The notes below the pieces were generated by a model. The model was not told where the DNA came from and made no database searches. It was given only the letters and a program-made list of their open reading frames with translations. The translations under genes were made by a program, and so were the position numbers. DNA of 19,654 nucleotides from contig JBHLPH010000029.1 of NCBI GenBank assembly GCA_048939625.1, forward strand, positions 1-19,654, read 5' to 3'. Source of the stretch: Promethearchaeota archaeon (GTDB lineage: Archaea > Asgardarchaeota > Hermodarchaeia > Hermodarchaeales > Hermodarchaeaceae). This document shows positions 1 through 8,016 of the stretch, piece by piece (positions within the stretch are counted from its first letter, which is position 1; every line of letters starts with the position of its first letter).

Positions 1-716
1 TCTTGACTCCTTGGGGTTATACGAGTGAACCAAGCGAATTTGAACCATTTTTTGCCAATCTCGGAGCTGCAGTAGAGGACGGCTCGGGTTATGAATGGTG
101 GAGTGCCACCCAATTATACCCCTCCTTTGGTACATGGGATGACTGGCTACTCGGTGAATATGGCATCCCCGCAGTGACCCTGGAAACGTATGGAAATGAA
201 TCAGCTTGGGGACACAGTATTTGGGACTATTTTAACCCAAGTGCCGACCAAGTTCTGACCAACTGTTACCGTGTCCGCGACGCTATTTTTTCAATGGCTG
301 ATGTTATTATGGACGAACCTGGAGAACCAGTTATTGTGGTTCCCAGCGTTGTTTCTAGTTTTGTCTCTACTCCTGTTTCCGTGTATATTGAAGCGAGTAA
401 AAGCGGATTTCAGATGCTGCTCTTGGAATATCGGTACAATCCCGAGCAGAATCAAAATTGGGTGGGGCTTCCATTAGTCCATCGGGAAGGAAATCGATAT
501 GAAGCATTGGTTCCTGCCTTGGCTCTTGGTGGTAATGTTGAACTACATGTGTACGGATATGATTTCGCTGGACATGTGATTTATTCGGATTCGGTATTCT
601 ATTCGATTTCCCCTTTCATCTTTGCGGGACTTGTCATAACCATTGTTATTCTTGTAATTGTGCTTGGGGTGGCTATTTGGGTGATTATTCACCTGCGCCG
701 TCACCAACTAACGTAG
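1..716 (+). CDS. M14 family zinc carboxypeptidase, C-terminal part (5' end outside window), with beta-rich spacer domain and C-terminal membrane anchor
   Basis: Frame is open from the window edge. PWGY, LYPSFGTWDDW and IPAVTLE resemble the M14 C-terminal motifs (catalytic Glu). Ends with a hydrophobic helix (FIFAGLVITIVILVIVLGVAIWVII) and a basic tail (HLRRH). The HxxE zinc motif is not in the window. Confidence 0.7.
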   Translation, partial: LTPWGYTSEPSEFEPFFANLGAAVEDGSGYEWWSATQLYPSFGTWDDWLLGEYGIPAVTLETYGNESAWGHSIWDYFNPSADQVLTNCYRVRDAIFSMADVIMDEPGEPVIVVPSVVSSFVSTPVSVYIEASKSGFQMLLLEYRYNPEQNQNWVGLPLVHREGNRYEALVPALALGGNVELHVYGYDFAGHVIYSDSVFYSISPFIFAGLVITIVILVIVLGVAIWVIIHLRRHQLT

Positions 717-793
717 ATAAACACGAAAGCAAGCCTTTTGGGTAAGGTCTAGCTAAAAGGTTCCATCTTTTGTCTTCAAAGGAGCCTCCTCTT

Positions 794-2257
794 ATGCCCA
801 AAAAAACCGATCAACTAATTGCCGTAATCGATCTTGGCACGACTGGGAATCGTTCCGTCTTATTTAATCTGAAAGGTCAAGAAGTTGCCAAGGCATACCG
901 TGAGTTCCCAACTATTACCGATGAACCTGAACAAGCAGAACAGGATACACAGGATTGGTGGAAAACAACCCAAAAAACGATGCACGAGGTAACCAACCGG
1001 CAAGGAATTGACCCCAAGAATATTATTGCGGTTTCTGTGGTGACTCAACGTGCAACACTAGTACCCCTTGACAAAGAAGGAAACCCGCTAGCACATGCAA
1101 TAACTTGGATGGATATGCGAATTTCTCCCTCAGCGGAGCAATCTGAAGAAATTATCAAACAACGAGTAAGTCTCCGGCGAGCCCTTTGGTTCAAAGATAT
1201 GATTCCTGGCATATTCAAAAAGACCTGGAAATTTGTGATGCCTGATGCTTTCCTTTACTATCGGCTTACTGGCAATCTTGGTTCGGATTTGACAAATCAT
1301 GGGTTTGGGCTCCTTGACAATGAGACGTTTACTCTCGATGAGAAGTTGGGTGAGGAACTTCAGCTACCTATTTCGTTATGGCCCGACTTGGTTCACTCAG
1401 GAACAGTTATCGGGGAAATAAACCAAACAGCTGAGAAGGATACAGGTCTTTTAGCTGGAACTCCAGTAATCGTTGGTGGAGGAGACCAACAATGTTCGGT
1501 CTTGGGATTAGGTGTTCTGAAATCTGGTGATGCCAAACTCACCCTTGGCACCGGATCTTTTATTGTTACACCGGTAGAAAAAATCCTCAAAGATCCTCTG
1601 GGTGTCCTATTCAACCACCCCCATGTTCTGCCTAATCAACGGGTTCTCGAAGGCGCCCTTCCTGGAACCGGGACCATTCTTCGCTGGTTCCGAGATGAAT
1701 TTGGACATGTCGAGTGTGCTGTTGCTGAACGACTCGGACGAGATCCTTATGATTATATCATCGCTGAGGCAGCTCAAGCGCCGCCTGGTTGTGATGGAAT
1801 TAGTGTTTTTCCCTTCTTCACATGGAGTATGGGAAAAATCCAAGATCTCGGATTTCAGCACACACGCGCTCATATTGCTCGGGCAATCTTGGAAAGTGTA
1901 GCCTATGCGATTCGCTTTGTCATCGACACAATGTTTTCGGTAGGTGTGACAATTAATGAGCTCCGCCTTGATGGAGGTGGTGCACGGTCCGCCCTTTGGC
2001 GGCAAATTCAAAGCGATGTCTCTGGTAGACCTGCAATATATACTCATGTGGACGAAGGTACTGCCTTAGGCGCTGCAATTCTTGCTGCTGTTGGGCTCGA
2101 TTTGTATGCATCTCCTGAACAGGCAGTCAAGACGATGGTCCATGAACAGGAAAAGCATACACCTAACCAGCAATATTCCGAGGCTTATAATAAGGGGTAT
2201 TCTCAGTTTCAACAAACCGTGATGAATAATCTCCAGGAAATTCTCAAACATGTCTAA
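794..2257 (+). CDS. FGGY-family carbohydrate kinase (glycerol kinase/YgcE/xylulokinase-like)
   Basis: IDLGTT phosphate loop, TQRAT, WMDMR, GGGDQQ, LGTG and DGGGARSALWRQ motifs. ATG at 794 is preferred over TTG at 770 because AAAGGAG lies at 778-784. Confidence 0.9.
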   Translation: MPKKTDQLIAVIDLGTTGNRSVLFNLKGQEVAKAYREFPTITDEPEQAEQDTQDWWKTTQKTMHEVTNRQGIDPKNIIAVSVVTQRATLVPLDKEGNPLAHAITWMDMRISPSAEQSEEIIKQRVSLRRALWFKDMIPGIFKKTWKFVMPDAFLYYRLTGNLGSDLTNHGFGLLDNETFTLDEKLGEELQLPISLWPDLVHSGTVIGEINQTAEKDTGLLAGTPVIVGGGDQQCSVLGLGVLKSGDAKLTLGTGSFIVTPVEKILKDPLGVLFNHPHVLPNQRVLEGALPGTGTILRWFRDEFGHVECAVAERLGRDPYDYIIAEAAQAPPGCDGISVFPFFTWSMGKIQDLGFQHTRAHIARAILESVAYAIRFVIDTMFSVGVTINELRLDGGGARSALWRQIQSDVSGRPAIYTHVDEGTALGAAILAAVGLDLYASPEQAVKTMVHEQEKHTPNQQYSEAYNKGYSQFQQTVMNNLQEILKHV

Positions 2258-2275
2258 ACAAAAAGGGTGAAGTTA

Positions 2276-2794
2276 ATGGATGCATTGAAAGCAATTTTAA
2301 CTCGAAAATCCATTCGAGCATTTACTGAACAAGAACTCTCCGATGACCAAATCCAAACTCTCCTTCAAGCGATGGTCGCTAGTCCCAGTGCAGGCAACCG
2401 ACAGCCTTGGCGAATCTATGTGGTCCGGGATACATCACTCAAAAAGAAACTCGCCATCGGAGCTTATGATCAGCAATTCATCATCAAAGCCCCTGTAGTC
2501 TTTGTCGTGTGCCGAGTTCCTGATGAATCTGGGGCCCGTTATAAAGACCGTGGTCGAAACCTCTATTCAATTCAGGACACTGCAGCTATGACTCAGAATC
2601 TCTTACTCGCAGTGCATAGTATGGGATTAGGAGGTTGTTGGGTTGGGGCGTTTAATGATAGTGCAATTGCGGCAGCAATTAAGTGTCCGTCCGGAGTATT
2701 GCCTGTTTCGATAATTCCGGTGGGTTATCCAGATGAATTACCGCAAACCCGACCACGTCGCTCAATTGATTCAGTCGCTCATTTCATACCCTAG
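2276..2794 (+). CDS. Nitroreductase family flavoprotein
   Basis: RKSIRAF, SPSAGNRQPW, GLGGCWVG and VGYP motifs. ATG at 2276 follows GGTGA at 2266-2270 (alternative start GTG 2267). Probably co-transcribed with the kinase. Confidence 0.9.
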   Translation: MDALKAILTRKSIRAFTEQELSDDQIQTLLQAMVASPSAGNRQPWRIYVVRDTSLKKKLAIGAYDQQFIIKAPVVFVVCRVPDESGARYKDRGRNLYSIQDTAAMTQNLLLAVHSMGLGGCWVGAFNDSAIAAAIKCPSGVLPVSIIPVGYPDELPQTRPRRSIDSVAHFIP

Positions 2795-2806
2795 CATCTA
2801 TTTCTC

Positions 2807-3484
2807 CTACATTTGCTTCTGTAGGATTAGTAAAATGCAAAGTGGATAGACCCAGATAATCGCTGTTATTGCTGAGATGATTTCAGGAATCGCAACACCA
2901 GTGAACGGGAGAAGATTCACGTAATAGAAGACCCAAATCAGCGCACTAATCAAGGCGAGAGCGAACGCGATTACACCTATCAAGCGAAGATGTTTTTCTT
3001 GCATCAACCGAATGCCATAGATCATACCTGCCACCAAGAGAGTTACGAAGAATCCCACGGAAACAATGAAATGTGTATATCCAAAGCCTTCATGGAACAC
3101 GCCAATAGCGATTAGAAAAAACTGGGCAATCGTTAATAGAATCGCTGCAATAATGCCAATCACAGATCTTTCGAAGACTTGGTGACGAATTAACCAAAAG
3201 GTCAATACCAGCGTGAAGAGACCAGCAAGGATAAGGCCCGAATTAAAAATTGGTGCCGCTGGATTCACGCCAGGGGTTCCATTTGAACCGCCTAGCATCC
3301 AAGGATGTCCCAAATCACTTAGAGCATTTGTCAACCAGTTAAACCAAGGGGACAGTAAAATCGCGGTAATAATCCCTATCAAAGCAATAAGAGGACCAAT
3401 TATGCCGCAGAGTCCTGAAAAACGTGTGGAAATAAGGAATTCTAACACCGGATGTAATTCTTTTTGCTCTTCTTTTTCTGACAA
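2807..3484 (-). CDS. DUF998-family integral membrane protein
   Basis: PWFNWLTNALSDLG signature, IFNSGLI, a conserved-looking His (HFIVS) and about 6 transmembrane segments. Confidence 0.75.
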   Translation of the reverse strand: MSEKEEQKELHPVLEFLISTRFSGLCGIIGPLIALIGIITAILLSPWFNWLTNALSDLGHPWMLGGSNGTPGVNPAAPIFNSGLILAGLFTLVLTFWLIRHQVFERSVIGIIAAILLTIAQFFLIAIGVFHEGFGYTHFIVSVGFFVTLLVAGMIYGIRLMQEKHLRLIGVIAFALALISALIWVFYYVNLLPFTGVAIPEIISAITAIIWVYPLCILLILQKQM

Positions 3485-3651
3485 GATAATCTACCCTTAA
3501 AGAATTCAGTTATACTCGCTTAGGCGCGAAGATAATGATAAGACTTCCGCAAACAAAATTCTGAAGAAATCACAAAAAATGGTAAAACAACTCTAAAGTT
3601 AACTAAAAAAATCGAAAACTGATTTACAGGAAATATACTAAATAGAGTCTT

Positions 3652-4284
3652 TTATTCTTGAATGAAGGGCTTTAGTTCATTGGGTAACGGTTCACCAATA
3701 GTTTGAAACTCTGCGGCCAGGGTTTTCATGAACGTTACTAACAGATTGTGTCTCGGTACCGCAAGGGCTTTTCCAGTTTTGGTTGACATACGGTTTTTTA
3801 GTTTTAGCAATTTTCGGTCTATGTGCTCAATAGTCCCATGAAGCCCTCGTTGTTGCACGAGGCTTTCTGCAATAGTTCTAGCCAGTCCTAGTGCCCCCAT
3901 AGCATCTAGCTTGTCAGCATCACTAAGGATTTTCCCCTCAAGAGAATCGGGCGTCTTATTTTCGCTAAACCTGTGGGTCCGAATCGCTCCTGCCACCTGG
4001 GACAATTTCTCCTTTGGAAAGGCAGTGGTCGCCAAAAAGGCTACGGCCATATTCGCCCCAATCTCAGCATGGGATTCACCAGTCACCTCTTCCTCAGGTC
4101 GACCAATATCATGAAGTAATGCTGCAGCCTCAAGAACCTCCAAATCCGCTCCTTCTTTTTGCCCGATTAGCATACTCAGTTGACGTACTCGTAATGTGTG
4201 TTCATAGGAATGGGCTCCGCGTTTACCCACACAAATCGCATTGTAAGCGAATTCTTCAATTGCACCCACAAGTCTACTGTCCAT
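3652..4284 (-). CDS. HD-domain metal-dependent phosphohydrolase
   Basis: HSYEHTLRV, LLHDIGR, HAEIGA and DADKLDAMG motifs. GGTGA RBS upstream on the minus strand. Confidence 0.9.
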   Translation of the reverse strand: MDSRLVGAIEEFAYNAICVGKRGAHSYEHTLRVRQLSMLIGQKEGADLEVLEAAALLHDIGRPEEEVTGESHAEIGANMAVAFLATTAFPKEKLSQVAGAIRTHRFSENKTPDSLEGKILSDADKLDAMGALGLARTIAESLVQQRGLHGTIEHIDRKLLKLKNRMSTKTGKALAVPRHNLLVTFMKTLAAEFQTIGEPLPNELKPFIQE

Positions 4285-4463
4285 AATGATTCACCGAAAC
4301 CATAGAATCTACTTTCCTAAAATCAAAATACCGGATAAATAATTAGCCCAAAAACGAGTTTAAAGAACTCTCAGGAATACGTCATTTCATAAAACTAGAC
4401 GTAAACTATAAGGGTGTAGTCTTAACGAAGATAATTACACGAATTCATGGGTGTTAAAACAGC

Positions 4464-4943
4464 ATGGCTTTAATCGGGTTTCTTCTGCTTTTAATCGGCG
4501 GCATATTACTCCTCTTTTCAGGACAATCTATCGCCTTGGACCCTCTTTACGCAACATTCCTAATAGACTTCATTAACGCAATTTTAGGACCACCATGGGG
4601 AGAACAAATTGTCGGGGCCCTAATTATCATCACTAGCTTAGGGGGTATCCTTATCATCATCGGTTCAATCCTTTGGTATGCAGCAGGGTCTGGCATTTTT
4701 GCGACAATCGGTCGCATTATTGTTTCACTCGCTACCTTTTCGGCTTTCTTCTATGTAGCAATGGAGCTTCTAAACGCCTTTGCCCTCGGTATCTTCAGTC
4801 AACCTATTGATGTCATCTTAGCCTATTTCTTGGGTCTGGGGATTGGATTCGCTAGTGTCATCATGATACTCATTGGGAACTTCATTGGAGCTGGACGTAA
4901 GAAGAAAGAACCAGAATCATATGAAGATACCAGTGAGGCCTAA
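4464..4943 (+). CDS. Hypothetical multi-pass membrane protein (about 4 TM)
   Basis: 159-aa ORF filling the gap between genes. Gly/Ile/Leu-rich hydrophobic segments, charged C-terminal tail, GGGTG upstream. Confidence 0.7.
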   Translation: MALIGFLLLLIGGILLLFSGQSIALDPLYATFLIDFINAILGPPWGEQIVGALIIITSLGGILIIIGSILWYAAGSGIFATIGRIIVSLATFSAFFYVAMELLNAFALGIFSQPIDVILAYFLGLGIGFASVIMILIGNFIGAGRKKKEPESYEDTSEA

Positions 4944-4958
4944 TCGCGTCTTTAAGTA

Positions 4959-6260
4959 CTATTGCTTCTTCTTTTCATGTTTCAGAGTCTCTGGTACGAT
5001 GAGTAAGACGATTAGGAACGCGATGGCATTCATTAGAAGGGCAAAGACCAAATTACTTCTCAGCGTGAAGAATACAAACTGGACCAATGCTCCACCAATA
5101 ATAGGTCCAAATGCCTGTCCAATTGAATTCGCTGTGGCAATCGTTGACATAGCACGACCACGGCGTTCAGCTTTACTCAGATCAGCGGCAGCAGCATAGC
5201 CTGCCGTGGAAATGAGTGGATAGAGAGGAATGAACCATAACAACATGGCAACAAATGGATCAAAGATAAACAAATACACCAACATAAACATGGCATAGCC
5301 AGCAAATCCCACGAGGATTACTGGTTTTCGTCCAATTCGATCACTACCATGTCCTGCGGCCAGGGTCACACCTAACCCAAAGAGCGAAGCAAACCCATTA
5401 GCAATTCCAATCATTAAGGGTGTTCCCCCAATCTCTGATACTAGGTAGACTCCAAAGAAGTATGCAAAACCGTTCACACCAAGGCTGCTAATAGCCACAG
5501 CTGCAGCTAAAACCAAGAGAATCCACGTTAGTGGTTTCCACCAAGGTCGGGGAATAATTTCTGATCTCGATGGAACTTCTTCTGGTTGTGAAACGCGAGT
5601 TGTCTGGGGGATTTCCCGGACAATGATACCGATCATCAATGCTCCAGCAATAAACGCAAACCCGCCAAGCAAGAATAAGCCTGACATGCCAATGAGAGTA
5701 AACAGAAATCCTCCTGTGAAAGCTCCCACAGACCATCCGACACTACTTGTTGCTAGTAATAATCCCACTGCACCTCCCTTGAAAGTCCGTGCTTCCGTGA
5801 GGTAGGCATTCGCCATCGGAACTGCTGCGAGTGAGAACAAGTATGCAACGCAAGTGACGACGAGAAACGTGAAGCTATCCTGGATGAAGATATACAGAAA
5901 GAAACTAATGGTCTGAGCAATAAATCCTAGAATAATGAAGGGGATGCGGCGGTGCCATCGATCGGATAATGAACCCCAAAAGTATACACCCAATAACCCG
6001 ATAAGAACAGGAAGTCCACCAATGAGACCGATTAGGAGAAAAGCCGTTTCGCCAATCCCCGCAAAGAGGTAGAAACTCCCAAATTGCCAAAAAATTGAAG
6101 CCGCGAAATGGTATAATGAAAATCCTAACAAAATGCCCCAGATGTAGCGTTGGGGAACTTTGGAACTAGACAATGAATCGCTAATCTCTTCGCGACTACC
6201 CATACGCAGCCATGCCAGCATCCGATTCAAAAAGCTATGCCTCTCGACCATTTTCACCAT
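4959..6260 (-). CDS. Major facilitator superfamily transporter
   Basis: About 12 TM segments. Motif A appears twice (GSLSDRWHRR, GHGSDRIGRK), plus GPIIGG and a terminal PET motif. Confidence 0.92.
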   Translation of the reverse strand: MVKMVERHSFLNRMLAWLRMGSREEISDSLSSSKVPQRYIWGILLGFSLYHFAASIFWQFGSFYLFAGIGETAFLLIGLIGGLPVLIGLLGVYFWGSLSDRWHRRIPFIILGFIAQTISFFLYIFIQDSFTFLVVTCVAYLFSLAAVPMANAYLTEARTFKGGAVGLLLATSSVGWSVGAFTGGFLFTLIGMSGLFLLGGFAFIAGALMIGIIVREIPQTTRVSQPEEVPSRSEIIPRPWWKPLTWILLVLAAAVAISSLGVNGFAYFFGVYLVSEIGGTPLMIGIANGFASLFGLGVTLAAGHGSDRIGRKPVILVGFAGYAMFMLVYLFIFDPFVAMLLWFIPLYPLISTAGYAAAADLSKAERRGRAMSTIATANSIGQAFGPIIGGALVQFVFFTLRSNLVFALLMNAIAFLIVLLIVPETLKHEKKKQ

Positions 6261-6280
6261 TCACTTCCAATTTCCAATGA

Positions 6281-6289
6281 TTTTTTATG
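6281..6289 (+). promoter_or_regulatory. Possible TATA box for a leaderless mutY transcript
   Basis: TTTTTTATG starts about 30 nt upstream of the GTG at 6312, and there is no RBS before that start. Short AT-rich motif, so weak evidence. Confidence 0.35.
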
Positions 6290-6311
6290 ACACAACTGAA
6301 GTCAACAAGAT

Positions 6312-7028
6312 GTGACCACCAAAAAAACCAAGCAATCGGTCGATCTTGCTCCGGCTTCGCTAGCGACTCCCGAACGGATTCAAATATTTCAACGAGTGTT
6401 AATGCAGTGGTATCAGGAAAATGGACGGGACCTCCCCTGGCGGAGTACTCGCGATCCGTATCAAATTTTGGTTTCAGAAATCATGTTGCATCAAACCCAA
6501 GTCGACCGTGTGATTCTCAAATATCACGAATTCCTTACTGCCTACCCAACATTCGAAGCTCTCGCTGCAGCACCTCTGGAAGAAGTTCAGCAATTGTGGC
6601 GTCCACTTGGCTATAATTTCCGGCCAGGTAGGCTTCATCAAATCGCCAAATTCGTTGTTACTAGTATGAATAGTCAGCTTCCCAACACACTTGAAGAGCT
6701 TATGGCTTTGCCGGGAATTGGGCGCTACACTGCAGGTGCGATTCTAAATTTTGCCTTTCATATTGATGCCCCCATTCTTGACACCAATACCCAACGAGTC
6801 CTCAAACGCTATTTTGGTATTTCAGGCGACCCATTCCGGATGCCCGCTAAAAACCAACTTTGGAAGCTTGCGCAGGAAGTGATTCCTCCCAGCAAAGGCT
6901 ATGTTTTTAATCAAGCTCTATTAGACTTTGGTGCCCTCCAATGCCCTGCCCGTACTCCAGACTGTTCTTCTTGCCCTTTACTTCAAAGTTGTCCTTACGG
7001 TAAAACACAGTTAAAGAAAATTACTTAG
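6312..7028 (+). CDS. mutY: HhH-GPD DNA glycosylase, short MutY-like (A/G-specific adenine glycosylase) with 4Fe-4S motif
   Basis: GRDLPWR, DPYQILVSEIMLHQTQV, HhH LPGIGRYTAGAI (no lyase Lys), catalytic ILDTN and C-x6-C-x2-C-x5-C. No C-terminal Nudix-like domain. Confidence 0.8.
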   Translation: MTTKKTKQSVDLAPASLATPERIQIFQRVLMQWYQENGRDLPWRSTRDPYQILVSEIMLHQTQVDRVILKYHEFLTAYPTFEALAAAPLEEVQQLWRPLGYNFRPGRLHQIAKFVVTSMNSQLPNTLEELMALPGIGRYTAGAILNFAFHIDAPILDTNTQRVLKRYFGISGDPFRMPAKNQLWKLAQEVIPPSKGYVFNQALLDFGALQCPARTPDCSSCPLLQSCPYGKTQLKKIT

Positions 7029-7953
7029 CTGGTGCTCTGGGGTAATTGATGAATAAAATACCCAAAATGACCAAAGATAAACCAATAATGAAAGTAGGGT
7101 AGATGGGTTCATGGAGCAAGAGAAACGAGAAGAGATTGCCGAAGACGGGGACTAGAGCGATAAAGACTGCAGATTTACTAGCGCCAAGGTTTTTAATTCC
7201 CAGGAAGTAGAAAAGGAATCCTAAGACAGTGACAAAAATTCCCATATAGAGGATGTTCAACCAGAAGGTCAAATCCACCATGAGGGGAAGGGTCCAGAAC
7301 TGTTCAAACATGGCTCCAATGAAAAAGATCAGTGTTCCAAAGAAAATCCCCATAGCGGTGGTTTCGAGGGAGGTCCGGTTCCTCATGACGGTTTTGCCCA
7401 GGATGGAATACAGCCCCCAGGTGAACATGGCGCAAATGAGAATGAGATTCCCAATCAAGTACTCAAATTGAAAAGCGAGCAGAGCTTGAATGCCAACAAC
7501 GAACACAATTCCAATGAAGCTGAATAGAAATCCGATGTATCGCCATTTTGGGGTCAAACGTTCGGAAAGAAGAATGAAGGCCAGCAGACTCACTGTAACC
7601 GGATTAATGCCAGCAATAATAGATCCTTGGGCTGCCGTCGTGAACTGCATGCCAATGAGGAAGAGTATGCCATACCCGAAAATGCCAATCAGTCCTAACA
7701 AAAAGAAGAACCCGATATCTCGTGCAGTGTAGGTTTTCATTGATTGTGGTTGGGTGGCTAGCATCAAGGGGATGAAAATCAAGCTTGCAGTGAAAAAGCG
7801 AAAGAACCCTACTGTCATGGGAGGGGCTACGGTGACAACGATTTGGGCTGAGACCCAGCTTCCACCCCAGAAAATCATCGCTAGAATAAGCAGAATGTAG
7901 TATTTCACAGCACTGAGATTCAATTTAGGGGTGGCTCCTCGAATTGAAGCCAC
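7021..7953 (-). CDS. EamA/DMT family transporter
   Basis: Two EamA repeats (FWGGSW...FRF; LLSERLT; LLLHEPI), about 10 TM segments, GAGGTGA RBS at 7957-7963. 3' end overlaps mutY by 8 nt. Confidence 0.92.
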   Translation of the reverse strand: MASIRGATPKLNLSAVKYYILLILAMIFWGGSWVSAQIVVTVAPPMTVGFFRFFTASLIFIPLMLATQPQSMKTYTARDIGFFFLLGLIGIFGYGILFLIGMQFTTAAQGSIIAGINPVTVSLLAFILLSERLTPKWRYIGFLFSFIGIVFVVGIQALLAFQFEYLIGNLILICAMFTWGLYSILGKTVMRNRTSLETTAMGIFFGTLIFFIGAMFEQFWTLPLMVDLTFWLNILYMGIFVTVLGFLFYFLGIKNLGASKSAVFIALVPVFGNLFSFLLLHEPIYPTFIIGLSLVILGILFINYPRAPAK

Positions 7954-7970
7954 ACTTCACCTCGTGAGCT

Positions 7971-8016
7971 AAAAAATGAATGGATTCGACAACCCTACTC
8001 GCCAAAGAGGGTTGTC
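7971..8016 (-). terminator. Hairpin plus T6 tract at the 3' end of the RadA-like gene
   Basis: Perfect 9-bp inverted repeat GACAACCCT (7988-7996) / AGGGTTGTC (8008-8016) with an 11-nt loop. On the minus strand it is followed 11 nt later by TTTTTT (7971-7976). Confidence 0.5.

Noticed and set aside
734-760. CCTTTTGG/CTAAAAGG inverted repeat between the peptidase and kinase genes
   Set aside because: AT-rich with a G-T pair and a long loop; too weak to call.
770-793. TTG-started N-terminal extension of the kinase and the AGGAG-C-CTCCT mini-palindrome
   Set aside because: A good RBS precedes ATG 794, and a 1-nt loop cannot form an RBS-sequestering hairpin.
1607-2047. 146-aa antisense ORF, and similar shadow ORFs such as 3213-3500, 4873-5199, 6287-6616, 11137-11424 and 15608-15880
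   Set aside because: They overlap well-supported genes and have no recognisable motifs.
3485-3651. AT-rich spacer with A-runs, considered as a CRISPR leader or origin
   Set aside because: No repeats, ORB-like boxes or cdc6 nearby; explained by terminator and promoter sequence between co-oriented genes.
4464-4500. MALIGFLLLLIGG resembles MALIGLLLILGS in the small ORF at about 9836-9870
   Set aside because: Low-complexity hydrophobic match with no similarity beyond it.
6269-6274. AATTTC upstream of mutY matching the Sulfolobus ANTTTC damage-response element
   Set aside because: A degenerate hexamer expected by chance, and I did not see it upstream of the RadA-like gene.
7953-7997. UAG readthrough fusing the RadA-like gene to eamA
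   Set aside because: The frames differ (41-nt gap) and readthrough soon reaches a TGA.
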